A stretch of DNA of 64,000 nucleotides from NCBI GenBank assembly GCA_977020255.1, contig CDROCS010002027.1, positions 1 to 64,000 on the forward strand. Direction: 5' to 3'. A model generated the notes under the pieces. It saw only the letters and a list, made by a program, of their open reading frames with translations. It was not told the origin of the DNA and made no database searches. The DNA is from Obrimoposthia wandeli. Lineage: Eukaryota. The position numbers and the translations under genes were made by a program. Within the stretch, counting starts at the first letter, position 1; each line of letters starts with the position of its first letter. Positions 42,148 to 52,624 of this stretch are shown here, piece by piece.

Positions 42148-45100
42148 TAAACATCCTCCTTTGGTGTATCAGAATCTATGACTAGGTATTCATATAAGGG
42201 TTCGAATATTGCATCATTCACCGCTAATAAACCGACACCAATACTTGACCATTTAGGGAAAACGCGATGTAAGTATGGATCGGCAAAGTTGTTATAATTT
42301 TTCTCTATTTCCACTATTACTTTATCTTTGTCTTCACTTGAAAATATTTTCCAACCTAAATCAGGCAGCCAAGCTAACGGAACCGCTAAAGGGTCAACCA
42401 TGGCATTGCGGTATAAATCGATTAAATGACGCAATATTTGCAAAGCCTCTTCTTTGGCAACGGCTCGAAAATGGAACTGCTCGTTTATGGCTCTAAAATA
42501 GGTGGTGTGCGCACAGCCATTAGCACAAGCTGAAAGATGCTCAATCCAAGTTTGAATATACATTCTTCCGCTACTATTGGCCGCGCTAAATTTAACGACT
42601 CCAGCATCATACAAAGGTTCTATCCAGCCCTGGAACTGCAAACCATCTATCTCTAAATCAAACATTAACCGATGTTTAACCCCTTTAATTAAAGGCTTCA
42701 CTTTTTCGGCAAGTTCTGTAGCGTCAAAAACATTCTTCGCTAAACTTTTATCTCCAGCCACGCCTAACGGCAACTGCCCTGAAGCGCTTAATAAGTGGCT
42801 AAAGTTGTCCATATCCTTGTCTAAAACACTGTGCTGTAGCAGTTGATCTCTAACGATATAGTTATCTAATCCGCCTAATACAAACGGCTCTTCATCTTCC
42901 GCGATACTCTCTTCGTCACTAAAGCTGACTTGCAGTTTTTGCTGAAAATAATAGCGAATCGGTTGTTTAAAGAACGAACAAAGCTCATCAAGGGTTAACT
43001 TTTCTAACGATTGCGCCGGTAATGGCTGCACAAAATTGCTATTTTGTAGGGTATTAGTATCTAAATTTGCCACTGAAAACCACTGCTTGGCATAACTAAA
43101 TAGGCCGTTTTTTGCAGAAAAATTATTTCTGTGGTAAGCACTAATAGGATGTTCAACACTTAAGTGCGCCAATAACGCTTTACCTTGCTGCTCTATTGTT
43201 AAAATATCAAAGCCTGCTGTTAGTGGCTGCCCTTCAAGATCAAGATAATAGCCTTGTCCGATATATTCGAATAATTCGCTGACTAACACTGAAGGCGCTC
43301 GGTGGCCATTATCAGCCATTGAACGGCCTATATAACTGATATAGAGCTGCACTCTGGCAGATAGTAATGCTTCTAGAAACAAGTACCTGTCGTCATCACG
43401 TCTTGAGCGATCACCTTTTCGGGAATTTAGATTCATTAAATCAAAACCCATCGGCGCAACTGAACGTGGATAATCGCCATCGTTCATCCCTAATAGGCAA
43501 ACTATTTTAAAAGGGATGGCACGCATCGGCATTAAAGTACAAAAGTTAATTTGACCGGCTAAAAACCGCTGGCCAGAGCTCTGCTGCGTGAGGTTTTGCT
43601 GTAAGTAGTCAATCACGATATCGGCGGGAATTAGCTGCTCATAATGCACTTCACCAATCGTTTCCTGTAGCTTCTCTAAGGCGCTATAAATCACTTCTAA
43701 TGCTGCTAAATCGGCATCGTCTGGTGCGTACAAATCTTTTAGTAATTGATGATAAAAATCGATCCATTGATCAATGCTGTTGGTGCTATTAAACTGCGTT
43801 TTGCACAGCTGTAAAAGATCAACAAAGTGACTTAGTTGTCCAAGGCTTGCAGCATCTAGGCCTTCAATTTCACTGTAAGGGGCTATATTTTGCCAAGTTT
43901 CGTCAATTTCTCCTAACGCAAAACCTGCAAACATTCTATCTAAGCCAAACTGCCAGCTATTTTGTTTAAACCCTGGCAGAGATAACTCTTCACGGTTTTG
44001 GGCATCTAGCCCCCATTTAATTCCCGCTTGTAAAATCCACGCGCGTACTTGGGCAAAGCTCGCTTCATCTAACGAGAGGCGACGCTGCAGAGCTGGCAAG
44101 GATAATAATTCCAGTATTTCGCTACTGCCATAACGACTGTTAGCTAAGCTCAATATTCCTAAGAAATTGGCGATTAAAGGAGATTCTTGCTGTATGTTTC
44201 TATCTGAAATAGAGAACGGTAAATATTTCTCCCCGGTTGCTTGGCCAAAAATTGCTTCCACAAAAGGGCTATAGAAAGAGACATCAGGCATCATTACAAT
44301 GATATCGCGAGGCTCAATATCAGGTTTGTGCTGCAAAACATTCAGCAGTTGATCTTGTAATACTTCTACTTCACGCATCGCACTATGACAGCTGTGCAAA
44401 CTAATAGAGTCATCTTTAACATCAACCACTAACCTTGGGTCACTATTAGATGCAGCCTGCTGTTCATTTAAATCAGCGCGACGATTACGCAACGATAAAA
44501 TGTCACTTTGCAGGGTGCTCAATAAGTGACTGTTGTCATCTTCATTAAATAATTCAACCGTGGGTAATTCAAGTTGAGAGAGCATGTGTAAATAATCACG
44601 CCCTAATTTCCCCATCGAAGCGAGTAGTGGGTTACCTTGCTCATAGAGCTTTATCTCATCAATACTAGCTTGATCTTCACTATTAGCGCGGCGCATTAAT
44701 TGGCCTAAATAGCGATTATCAACAATATCACTCCAGTATTGCCTGCAAGGGTTAGCTACCATCAAATGAATATCACAGCGCTTGCCTAAAATAACTAGCG
44801 CTTGCAGGTAGTTATCAGGTAATGCAGATATACCAAAAACAAAGAGTCGTTGGGGGATGTCTTGCGCGGGCGCCTTTTCAATGACATCGATAAACGCATC
44901 AAACATGTTGGCTCGGTGCCAATGAGGAAACTCACGCTGATGAGTATCAAGTACTATCGCGCGCCATAAAATTGGCTGCCAAAGCTGCTCATCTTCTGCT
45001 GGTGTATTATCTCCAGCTTCCCAAAGTGCGATCCAATCTGGACGATAAACTAAGTATTGGTCAAATAGGTCCGCTATTTTTTCACACAGTTGGTAAAAAC

Positions 45101-45467
45101 GTATTGGTGCTTTGTCCCCTTGCATATAATGAGATAAAGGTTGAAATTCATCGCTCTCTATATATTCAGGCAGTATTCTCATCAAGACCCAAGTCATGCT
45201 TTCTTTTGAGTAAGCAGATCGCTCAGGTACATCGACAAGCAACTGAGAGAATGTTCTCCATAAGAAACTAGCAGGTAGGGGGAAGTCAATATTGGCTGCG
45301 ATGCTGAGCCGCTGTGCTAACTCTAATTTAAGCCATTGCGCCATTCCCGGGCTTTGCACCAGTATTTGTTCTGTGCAAAATGGATCGCTTAAGGGTTGCT
45401 GCGCAATCATTTCCACTAATACATCGCGCAACACATTCAACGAGTTAGAATGATAAACTTTGAGCAA
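42147..45467 (-). CDS. recC: Exodeoxyribonuclease V gamma subunit
   Basis: YHSNSL, ILVQSPGMAQWL, NPCRQYW, CTLMPMRAIPF, DDRYLFLEAL. Confidence 0.96.
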   Translation of the reverse strand: MLKVYHSNSLNVLRDVLVEMIAQQPLSDPFCTEQILVQSPGMAQWLKLELAQRLSIAANIDFPLPASFLWRTFSQLLVDVPERSAYSKESMTWVLMRILPEYIESDEFQPLSHYMQGDKAPIRFYQLCEKIADLFDQYLVYRPDWIALWEAGDNTPAEDEQLWQPILWRAIVLDTHQREFPHWHRANMFDAFIDVIEKAPAQDIPQRLFVFGISALPDNYLQALVILGKRCDIHLMVANPCRQYWSDIVDNRYLGQLMRRANSEDQASIDEIKLYEQGNPLLASMGKLGRDYLHMLSQLELPTVELFNEDDNSHLLSTLQSDILSLRNRRADLNEQQAASNSDPRLVVDVKDDSISLHSCHSAMREVEVLQDQLLNVLQHKPDIEPRDIIVMMPDVSFYSPFVEAIFGQATGEKYLPFSISDRNIQQESPLIANFLGILSLANSRYGSSEILELLSLPALQRRLSLDEASFAQVRAWILQAGIKWGLDAQNREELSLPGFKQNSWQFGLDRMFAGFALGEIDETWQNIAPYSEIEGLDAASLGQLSHFVDLLQLCKTQFNSTNSIDQWIDFYHQLLKDLYAPDDADLAALEVIYSALEKLQETIGEVHYEQLIPADIVIDYLQQNLTQQSSGQRFLAGQINFCTLMPMRAIPFKIVCLLGMNDGDYPRSVAPMGFDLMNLNSRKGDRSRRDDDRYLFLEALLSARVQLYISYIGRSMADNGHRAPSVLVSELFEYIGQGYYLDLEGQPLTAGFDILTIEQQGKALLAHLSVEHPISAYHRNNFSAKNGLFSYAKQWFSVANLDTNTLQNSNFVQPLPAQSLEKLTLDELCSFFKQPIRYYFQQKLQVSFSDEESIAEDEEPFVLGGLDNYIVRDQLLQHSVLDKDMDNFSHLLSASGQLPLGVAGDKSLAKNVFDATELAEKVKPLIKGVKHRLMFDLEIDGLQFQGWIEPLYDAGVVKFSAANSSGRMYIQTWIEHLSACANGCAHTTYFRAINEQFHFRAVAKEEALQILRHLIDLYRNAMVDPLAVPLAWLPDLGWKIFSSEDKDKVIVEIEKNYNNFADPYLHRVFPKWSSIGVGLLAVNDAIFEPLYEYLVIDSDTPKEDV

Positions 45468-45602
45468 AGCATCACCTCAAATAGTTTTTACTGATTATTT
45501 AATTCGATGCTAATATCGGCTGTCGCTATTTAAAAATTCGCCATCTTTAGCAGTAGATATTGATAGAAAATCTTTTCTTTGAAAGCCAGCAAGTCTTTTA
45601 TC

Positions 45603-45624
45603 TTCTAGCTTTCTAGCTTCTAGC
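45603..45624. repeat. Heptamer repeat TTCTAGC x3 (one 1-nt insert)
   Basis: ttctagc-t-ttctagc-ttctagc just 3' of the 63-aa ORF. Confidence 0.6.
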
Positions 45625-45635
45625 TAAGTGATTGT

Positions 45636-45827
45636 CTAACTATCTATAATACTAATCTCTGGTTTTTGGTACCCGCTATCTAAGGACCATATTTCTTTAC
45701 CCATCTCAACCTTAACAACACCAGGGAAGCGTTTATGCAGATACACAACGGCATCTTCCAAAGTATTTATATCGCAAAGCATAACTCCGCCGCGATCGTT
45801 ATCTGTGGAAAAAATAAAACTCTTCAA
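45636..45827 (-). CDS. Small hypothetical protein (63 aa, TTG start)
   Basis: Protein-like composition; fills an otherwise empty gap between recC and the MFS gene; AGAGAG purine run upstream. Confidence 0.5.
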   Translation of the reverse strand: MKSFIFSTDNDRGGVMLCDINTLEDAVVYLHKRFPGVVKVEMGKEIWSLDSGYQKPEISIIDS

Positions 45828-45969
45828 GTTAGCTCTCTCTGTTTTTCTTGATGATTAAATAGTGCGTTATAACACCCATTACTTAAATAAAAGATCCCTA
45901 TTAACTTCACTTGAAGCGGTCGCAATACCCTTGATGATTTAGGCTACGCCTAATTCATCTCTATTAAAC

Positions 45970-47184
45970 TTAAGCGATTGCAACACTGGTTATTTTACTT
46001 GAGAAATAGCCCACAACCAAGATAGAAGCGCTCACAACAACAATCATAATTAAATTCATGTTTGTCCAGCCGATAGTCGCCTCTAACCATCCAGAGCTCA
46101 GTGCTGAAAGAGCTACCATAGAAAACAATATAAACTCATTTGCCGCTTGGCTTTTAGCTTTTTCATGTGGCTTATAGGCGGATGTTACCAAATGCGTTGC
46201 GCTAATGAACATAAAATTCCAACCTAGCCCTAATAACACCAGCGCACTCCAAAAATGCCACAAGCTTTGCCCATCATAGTTTACTGCAATACAGGCCAAT
46301 ATAAGTACCGAGCCTGTTTGCACCAATTTTATAGCGCCATATTTTTGAATTAGCTTGCCGGTAAAAAACGACGGTAAAAACATCCCTAATACATGCCATT
46401 GAATTACCCAGGCAGAATCTGCAAAATTAAAACCATGATGATTCATAGCCAAAGGGGTCGCCGACATCAATAAATTCATCACCACATAACCAACCGTTGC
46501 TGCGACGATTGATACTGCAAAAATCGGCTGACTAATTATTTTCCATAATGATCTTTGCTCAAGGTTACCTTTAGCTTGATACGTCCCGTTTGGAAAATCT
46601 GCTTGCGTTAATAAAATAAAAGCTAATATATTTAAACAAACAACACCCATAAAGGAGCCCACAAAGGGGTAGCCATCAATAAAATCCTTAGTTTCAACGG
46701 CTAAAGCTGGGCCTAAAAACGCAGCCAAGACACCTCCGAGCATGACAAAAGAAATAGCTCTACTTTTTTCACTTTCAGCACAAGACTCTACCGCCGCAAA
46801 CCGATATAAAGTCCCAAATCCTATTCCCATACCCAACAGAAAGGATCCAGCACAAAAACCGAAAAAACTATGGTAAAAAAGTGCTATACAACAACCAACC
46901 GCTCCTGCTATGCCTAAACTATTACCCAGATAGAAACCTTTTCGCCTACCAAGCTTATGCATAATCAGCGATGCGGGGATGGTTGCACTCATAAGACCGA
47001 TAAATTGAAAAGCTAAAGGCAGGGTAATAAAAGCATCTGACGGAGCTAAACTTTGTCCAATTAAAGCCGCCATAGCGACTAACAATATATTTCCTGTTCC
47101 TAAAAGGGCTTGACAAAGCGAGAGGATAAAAACAGTTTTATTCATAAAACAAGCAGCCTGATATCGGTTAAAAAAGATCAACAA
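45970..47184 (-). CDS. MFS transporter
   Basis: About 12 TM; KLGRRKGF, YRFAAVE, GWNFMF, KAKSQAANEF. Confidence 0.88.
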   Translation of the reverse strand: MLIFFNRYQAACFMNKTVFILSLCQALLGTGNILLVAMAALIGQSLAPSDAFITLPLAFQFIGLMSATIPASLIMHKLGRRKGFYLGNSLGIAGAVGCCIALFYHSFFGFCAGSFLLGMGIGFGTLYRFAAVESCAESEKSRAISFVMLGGVLAAFLGPALAVETKDFIDGYPFVGSFMGVVCLNILAFILLTQADFPNGTYQAKGNLEQRSLWKIISQPIFAVSIVAATVGYVVMNLLMSATPLAMNHHGFNFADSAWVIQWHVLGMFLPSFFTGKLIQKYGAIKLVQTGSVLILACIAVNYDGQSLWHFWSALVLLGLGWNFMFISATHLVTSAYKPHEKAKSQAANEFILFSMVALSALSSGWLEATIGWTNMNLIMIVVVSASILVVGYFSSKITSVAIA

Positions 47185-47567
47185 ATTAAGGGGGAATTTT
47201 TAATATGGCGACGAGTTTAAACCCTCAACAAAACGTTTAGATTCATTACTATATATGATTGTAGTGTCTATTAAAAAACTACTGAGGTATAGCAGTTTTA
47301 TTCTATATGCAGTGCCATTTGCATATAAACAATCAACTTTTGCTACTTTTATACAATCAAAAGGCTCTGCATATTGACTTTAACTTTGTATTTGACTTTA
47401 ATCTACTATCACAAGAATTTTATAGATCTGTAATCACTATTTTTTTAGAGTTATCACTATTAGCTAATTTTGTTCTATAATTAGTTAGCAAACGCACTGG
47501 CATAAATCTTATTTTTCCAAGCTGCCAACTAGATTTATCAAACCGCTCAATACCGCACGAGAATTTT

Positions 47568-48362
47568 ATGAATTTAAGCAATCTATTAGTTTTATTGGTA
47601 GAACCTTCAAACTTACAGCGATCTATTATTCGCAAGCACTTGGCTAGTTTTGAAATTACTGAAGTCGAAGAATTTGTCTGCGGCCAAGATTCACTAGATT
47701 TCATGGAACACCAAGTTCCTGATATTGTTATTAGCTCTATGCACTTACCCGATATGACAGGTACTGACATAGTCAAAGATATGCGAGAGCACGAACGCTT
47801 ACAAAAAACAACTTTTCTACTGATTTCTTCAGAAACACACTATCGCTTCTTAGAACCTGTTCGCCAAGCGGGTGCCATTGGAATATTACCTAAACCTTTC
47901 GATGAAAAAGATCTCGGTAAAGTACTGCATAGTACCTTAGATTACATAGGAGATTATGAATCTGAAGTCACTGACGAAGAATATGAAAGTTTATGCGTAT
48001 TAATCGTCGATGACAGTAAAGTTTCTCGTAGTTATTTTAAGAATATTCTGGGAAACCTAGGGGTTAAAAACTTAGTAGAAGCAGAAGATGGTGCTCAAGC
48101 GTATGAAATATTCCAACAACAGCATTTTGACCTCGTTGTAACCGATTACAATATGCCCAATGTTGATGGTAAAGAATTACTTGAACTAATACGCCACGAT
48201 GATACTCAACCATCTGTGCCCGTTATGATGGTAACATCAGAACAAAACCAAGCCTCCCTTGCCGCTATTGAAAGCTCTGGGGTTTCTGCACTACTTAAAA
48301 AACCACTTACTTACGACTCCATTAAACGAATTATTACAGAATTAATTTTTGACGATGCTTAA
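47568..48362 (+). CDS. Response regulator with two tandem receiver domains and no output domain
   Basis: REC1 LLVEPS...PDIVISSMHLPDMTG...LPKPF; REC2 IVDDS...DLVVTDYNMP...VTS...KKP. Confidence 0.88.
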   Translation: MNLSNLLVLLVEPSNLQRSIIRKHLASFEITEVEEFVCGQDSLDFMEHQVPDIVISSMHLPDMTGTDIVKDMREHERLQKTTFLLISSETHYRFLEPVRQAGAIGILPKPFDEKDLGKVLHSTLDYIGDYESEVTDEEYESLCVLIVDDSKVSRSYFKNILGNLGVKNLVEAEDGAQAYEIFQQQHFDLVVTDYNMPNVDGKELLELIRHDDTQPSVPVMMVTSEQNQASLAAIESSGVSALLKKPLTYDSIKRIITELIFDDA

Positions 48363-48474
48363 ACTAAATAGCCATAATCAATAATACTTTGCTGCTGCGC
48401 TAAAAATAATTCTACACTACTCTAAACTCTCTTTTTAAACGCTTTAATCCGAGAGTTTAGAACGAGTTTCAATA

Positions 48475-50622
48475 TTACGCTTTATGGCGTATTTCAAAAC
48501 ACTTGTGAATATTAGTCGTACGTTTAAAGTCAGGGTCAATGGTTCTGGCTGTAATCTCTACAACATCATATGACGCTAGCAATTCGTAATCTAATTTGAA
48601 CTTACGATAGTTGTTAGAAAATATTAACAATCCGCCTTTGCGCAACAATCGCATACTCGAACTAATCAAACGTACGTGATCGCGCTGTACATCTAGCACA
48701 TCTTGCATTCGCTTAGAGTTAGAGAACGTTGGAGGGTCCATAAATATTAAATCATAACTCGGCTGGCGCTGTTTTTTCAGCCACTGTAAACAATCTGCTT
48801 GAATGAAATGATGATTACTATCATTAAAGCCATTCATTGCCATGTTCTTTGCTGACCAACTCAAATAAGTTGCAGACATATCAACACTTGTAGTCGATTT
48901 AGCACCGCCAATCGCGGCATGAACCGAAGCGGTACTTGTGTAAGAGAACAGGTTCAGAAAATCCATGCCATCGCTTTGCTGTTGGATTTCTAAACGAATA
49001 GGACGATGATCTAAGAACAAACCTGTATCTAAGTAATCTTTTAAATTAATTCTAAAACGACAATTGTTTTCTTTTACTTCAAAAAACTTACCTAAGTGAC
49101 CCTGCTTTTCATATTGCTGAGTACCACTTTGGCGTTTACGCTGTTTCAATACAACTCGTTTAGGGCTAATGTCTAACACTTGTGGAATCGCTATCATCAC
49201 ATCTTTTAGACGCTCAAATACTTTAACTTGATCAATCGTTTTTGGCGCAGCATATTCTTGCACGTTCACCCAGTCACCATAGACATCAATAGCAACCGCA
49301 TATTCTGGTATATCAGCATCGTATAATCGGTAAGCAGTAATTTCGTTCTTTTTACGCCATTTTGCTAAAGATTTAACATTCTTCTTCAAGCGATTCGCAA
49401 ACATTTGCCCCATTTCAGAAAGGGGCTCTAATTCTGCTAGCTCTAACTTTGACTCAGCATCTGTGCGTTCAGCGTATATATGATAATTAAATAGGTTGCT
49501 TTCTAAAGGCCCGTTATTGAGCTTATACATCTTATCAGGCTTTAAACCGATGACCTGGCAAAGCTCAGGGTTTCCCGTAAACACCGAAGCTTTCCACCCT
49601 CTAAACTCTTCTTTAAGCCTATCTCCAATACTGCGGTACATAAACATCAAAGAGGAACTGTCCCCCAAGCGCTCACCATAGGGTGGGTTGGTAATTAACA
49701 AACCCGGGAAATCATTTGGAGGTAGCATTTTTTCTACCTGCCCGGTCTTATATTGAATGAGTTCGTCTAAGCCAACATTCTTACTGTTAGCCGTGGCGTT
49801 TTCTAAGACACGCGCATCAATATCTGAACCAATAAATTGTACATCGTTCTCTTCTAAACCAGTAGCGCGGCGCTTCTCAGCTTCTTGCAGCAATGAATCC
49901 CAAAGCTGGGCCTCATGTTTTTTCCAATGCACAAATCCCCAGTGTTGACGATCTAACCCAGGCGCTATATCCGCTGCCATCATAGCCGCTTCAATCAACA
50001 AAGTGCCCGCACCACAAAGCGGGTCATATACTTGCTTGAATTCACCTTTTATTTTCGGCCAACCTGCGCGCATCAATAACGCTGCCGCTAAATTTTCTTT
50101 TAAAGGCGCTGTTCCTGCAAACAAACGATAACCACGACGGTGCAAGCTTGATCCCGAAAGATCCAAAGAAACAGACAAGCGACCACGAAACAAATGCGTG
50201 TGAACTCTAATATCGGGTGTTTCACGCTCAATAACAGGCCTGATGCCCGTTGCGTCACGAAACTGATCAACGATGGCATCTTTTACTTTCAACGCACCAA
50301 AATGCGTATTATTTATCGCTCTCGAACTACCGGTAAAACTAATCGCCAAGCTATTAGTCGGCTCCATATGATCTAACCATTGGATACTCTGAATTGCATC
50401 GTACAACTCATCCGCTGTTTCAGCATTACCTGTTAATAGCGGAAGCAGTACTCTATTGGCAACGCGAGACCAAAGACAGGCACGATAAGCGTATTCAATG
50501 TCGCCAGAGAATTCGACTCCTACCGCGACCTGTTTAACTTTATCTGCACCAAAACTGATCAACTCATCAACCAGAAGCGGCTCAAAACCCTTTGGGCAAG
50601 TCGCTAAGAACATATGTGACAT
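48475..50622 (-). CDS. rlmKL: Bifunctional 23S rRNA m2G2445/m7G2069 methyltransferase
   Basis: THUMP region, DPLCGAGT, NPPYGERL, DTGLFLDHR, LNLFSYT, DPPTFSNSK; 715 aa. Confidence 0.96.
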   Translation of the reverse strand: MSHMFLATCPKGFEPLLVDELISFGADKVKQVAVGVEFSGDIEYAYRACLWSRVANRVLLPLLTGNAETADELYDAIQSIQWLDHMEPTNSLAISFTGSSRAINNTHFGALKVKDAIVDQFRDATGIRPVIERETPDIRVHTHLFRGRLSVSLDLSGSSLHRRGYRLFAGTAPLKENLAAALLMRAGWPKIKGEFKQVYDPLCGAGTLLIEAAMMAADIAPGLDRQHWGFVHWKKHEAQLWDSLLQEAEKRRATGLEENDVQFIGSDIDARVLENATANSKNVGLDELIQYKTGQVEKMLPPNDFPGLLITNPPYGERLGDSSSLMFMYRSIGDRLKEEFRGWKASVFTGNPELCQVIGLKPDKMYKLNNGPLESNLFNYHIYAERTDAESKLELAELEPLSEMGQMFANRLKKNVKSLAKWRKKNEITAYRLYDADIPEYAVAIDVYGDWVNVQEYAAPKTIDQVKVFERLKDVMIAIPQVLDISPKRVVLKQRKRQSGTQQYEKQGHLGKFFEVKENNCRFRINLKDYLDTGLFLDHRPIRLEIQQQSDGMDFLNLFSYTSTASVHAAIGGAKSTTSVDMSATYLSWSAKNMAMNGFNDSNHHFIQADCLQWLKKQRQPSYDLIFMDPPTFSNSKRMQDVLDVQRDHVRLISSSMRLLRKGGLLIFSNNYRKFKLDYELLASYDVVEITARTIDPDFKRTTNIHKCFEIRHKA

Positions 50623-50991
50623 TAATTTGTACCTTTGAGAGTAACACTACATGTGTACTCATTTATTAAAAAGCTCACTAAATCAATAATATATATAATT
50701 ATTCATATTGATCACAATAAACATGATTTTTTTTCAGCAATTGCTTGTTTGCTAAAAATTACTTAACCCACTGATAAAACGATTATTTATTTATCAGCTT
50801 TTTTAACTAACGACAAACAACTGTTTAAAAATAGCACTAATCTGCTATTTTTTGCTATAACTAGTTTTTACGATGATTAAATTGCACCTAATACAATTAA
50901 TTTGCACGACTAACAACTCAGCAACTAACCTAAAGGAGCCCAGTAACGCATATCTCACCACCGTTAAATAAAAACATTAAGAGGTTATAAT

Positions 50992-51198
50992 ATGAAGAGA
51001 CAAAAACGCGATAAATCTTCTATTTTACATTCAAGAGGATTTAGTGCCGGTTTATCAGGAAAGTCTAAAGATTTATGTCCCGTCAATGATGAAGATCAAC
51101 GCTGCCTCTGGTTAGGTGGCTGGCGCGAAGGTCGTGAAGCACACTGGGACGGTATGGGTGGCGTATCAGCTATCCAAGTTAATCCATCTTTACATTAG
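50992..51198 (+). CDS. rmf: Ribosome modulation factor
   Basis: MKRQKRDK...RGF.AG..GKS...CP...W..GWREG. Confidence 0.93.
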   Translation: MKRQKRDKSSILHSRGFSAGLSGKSKDLCPVNDEDQRCLWLGGWREGREAHWDGMGGVSAIQVNPSLH

Positions 51199-51212
51199 TA
51201 CAATCCCAATAA

Positions 51213-51233
51213 AGGGCTTTCGCTAAAAGCCCT
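51213..51233. terminator. Hairpin between convergent rmf and pyrD
   Basis: AGGGCTTT-cgcta-AAAGCCCT. Confidence 0.6.
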
Positions 51234-51275
51234 AACCTTTTAAAGCACACATTCCTTACTCAGGCACTTAATAAA

Positions 51276-52304
51276 TTACTTTCCTGGTAAAGATTGAATA
51301 GCCCTTACTGATTCTGCAATTAATCCCGGTCCCTTATAAATAAAGCCAGTATATATTTGCACCAAACTAGCACCTGCTTCAATTTTTTCAGCAGCATCGA
51401 AACCTTCAGATATCCCCCCTACTCCAATAATTGGGATAGTCCCTTGTAATTCTCTGGCTAAAGTACGGATAATTCTAATTGATTGGTTACGCACCGGTGA
51501 ACCTGACAAACCGCCTGCTTGATGATGAACAATTGAATCTTCTACGCCCTGTCGAGATAACGTTGTGTTAGTGGCGATAACCCCATCAATTTCATATGTT
51601 TTAAGTGAGCTAGCCACCATGGCAACTTCTTCTTCAGTTAAATCTGGTGCTATTTTAACCGCGATAGGCACATATTTATCATGTAAAACCGCTTGTTTAG
51701 CTTGTTCGTTTTTCAATACTTCTAACAAACCATTTAAAGACTCACCAAACTGCAGTGTACGTAGCCCGGGTGTATTTGGTGAAGATACATTTATGGTAAT
51801 ATAGGAAGCGCGAGAATACACTTTACGCAAGCTGTACAAGTAGTCATCATTCGCTTTATCATTCGCAGTATCTTTATTCTTCCCAATGTTTATGCCTAAC
51901 ACCCCTTTAAAGCGTGCTTTATCGATATTTTGTAACAGGGCATCAACGCCATCATTATTAAAACCCATACGGTTAATAATGGCATTATGTTCAGGGATAC
52001 GAAAGATACGTGGCTTAGCATTACCTATTTGTGGCTTTGGTGTGACGGTGCCTACTTCTAGAAAACCAAAACCCATACTTGCTAAACCATCAATAGAGGC
52101 ACCATTTTTATCCAAGCCTGCCGCTAAACCTACTGGGTTTGGAAACTTAATCCCCATAACTTCAACAGGTGCATAATGATTTTCGGCCCCAAGAAGCTTA
52201 GGCAAGCCTAATACTGCCGCTAGATTCATGCCTTTAAGCGCTAAATTATGAGAATTCTCAGCATCTAAACTGAACATTAGTGAACGGGTCAAAGGATATA
52301 ACAT
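51276..52304 (-). CDS. pyrD: Dihydroorotate dehydrogenase (quinone, class 2); likely start MLYPLTR at 52304
   Basis: FPNPVGLAAGLDK, NRMGFNN, NVSSPNTPGLR, KIAPDL, TNTT, GGLSG. Confidence 0.96.
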   Translation of the reverse strand: MLYPLTRSLMFSLDAENSHNLALKGMNLAAVLGLPKLLGAENHYAPVEVMGIKFPNPVGLAAGLDKNGASIDGLASMGFGFLEVGTVTPKPQIGNAKPRIFRIPEHNAIINRMGFNNDGVDALLQNIDKARFKGVLGINIGKNKDTANDKANDDYLYSLRKVYSRASYITINVSSPNTPGLRTLQFGESLNGLLEVLKNEQAKQAVLHDKYVPIAVKIAPDLTEEEVAMVASSLKTYEIDGVIATNTTLSRQGVEDSIVHHQAGGLSGSPVRNQSIRIIRTLARELQGTIPIIGVGGISEGFDAAEKIEAGASLVQIYTGFIYKGPGLIAESVRAIQSLPGK

Positions 52305-52489
52305 ATGAAAGTAGACCAAGTGAAAATTTGGCGACCATTATATGTTAAAGCCAAGCATATAAATAGCTATAAAAAAATGTAATATATAAGCTAATTGTGT
52401 AGTAAGTTAAAGGGAGATAAACCTTCAAAGAGGTGTAGCCTATAAAAGCTATTTATCTAGTTTTTTGCCTATAAAAAGCTTTTCATTAT

Positions 52490-52523
52490 TTGATCTTTAA
52501 AAAAAAAAATGGATAATTGCGCC
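52490..52523 (+). promoter_or_regulatory. Putative promoter of the polyamine operon with an A11 tract in the spacer
   Basis: TTGATC(52490-95)-tttAAAAAAAAAAAtg-GATAAT(52512-17)-tgcgcc. Confidence 0.4.
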
Positions 52524-52624
52524 TATACACACAAAGTGATTACTTCAGTTGAATAACCCGTATTTTCACCACATCTGCCCTCTTTGTTTTTATTCATCAA
52601 TCTTAATTTTGCAGAACAATATAT

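Noticed and set aside
50700-50720. CRP site upstream of rmf (…TTGATCACA)
   Set aside because: Only one half-site matches; too weak in AT-rich DNA
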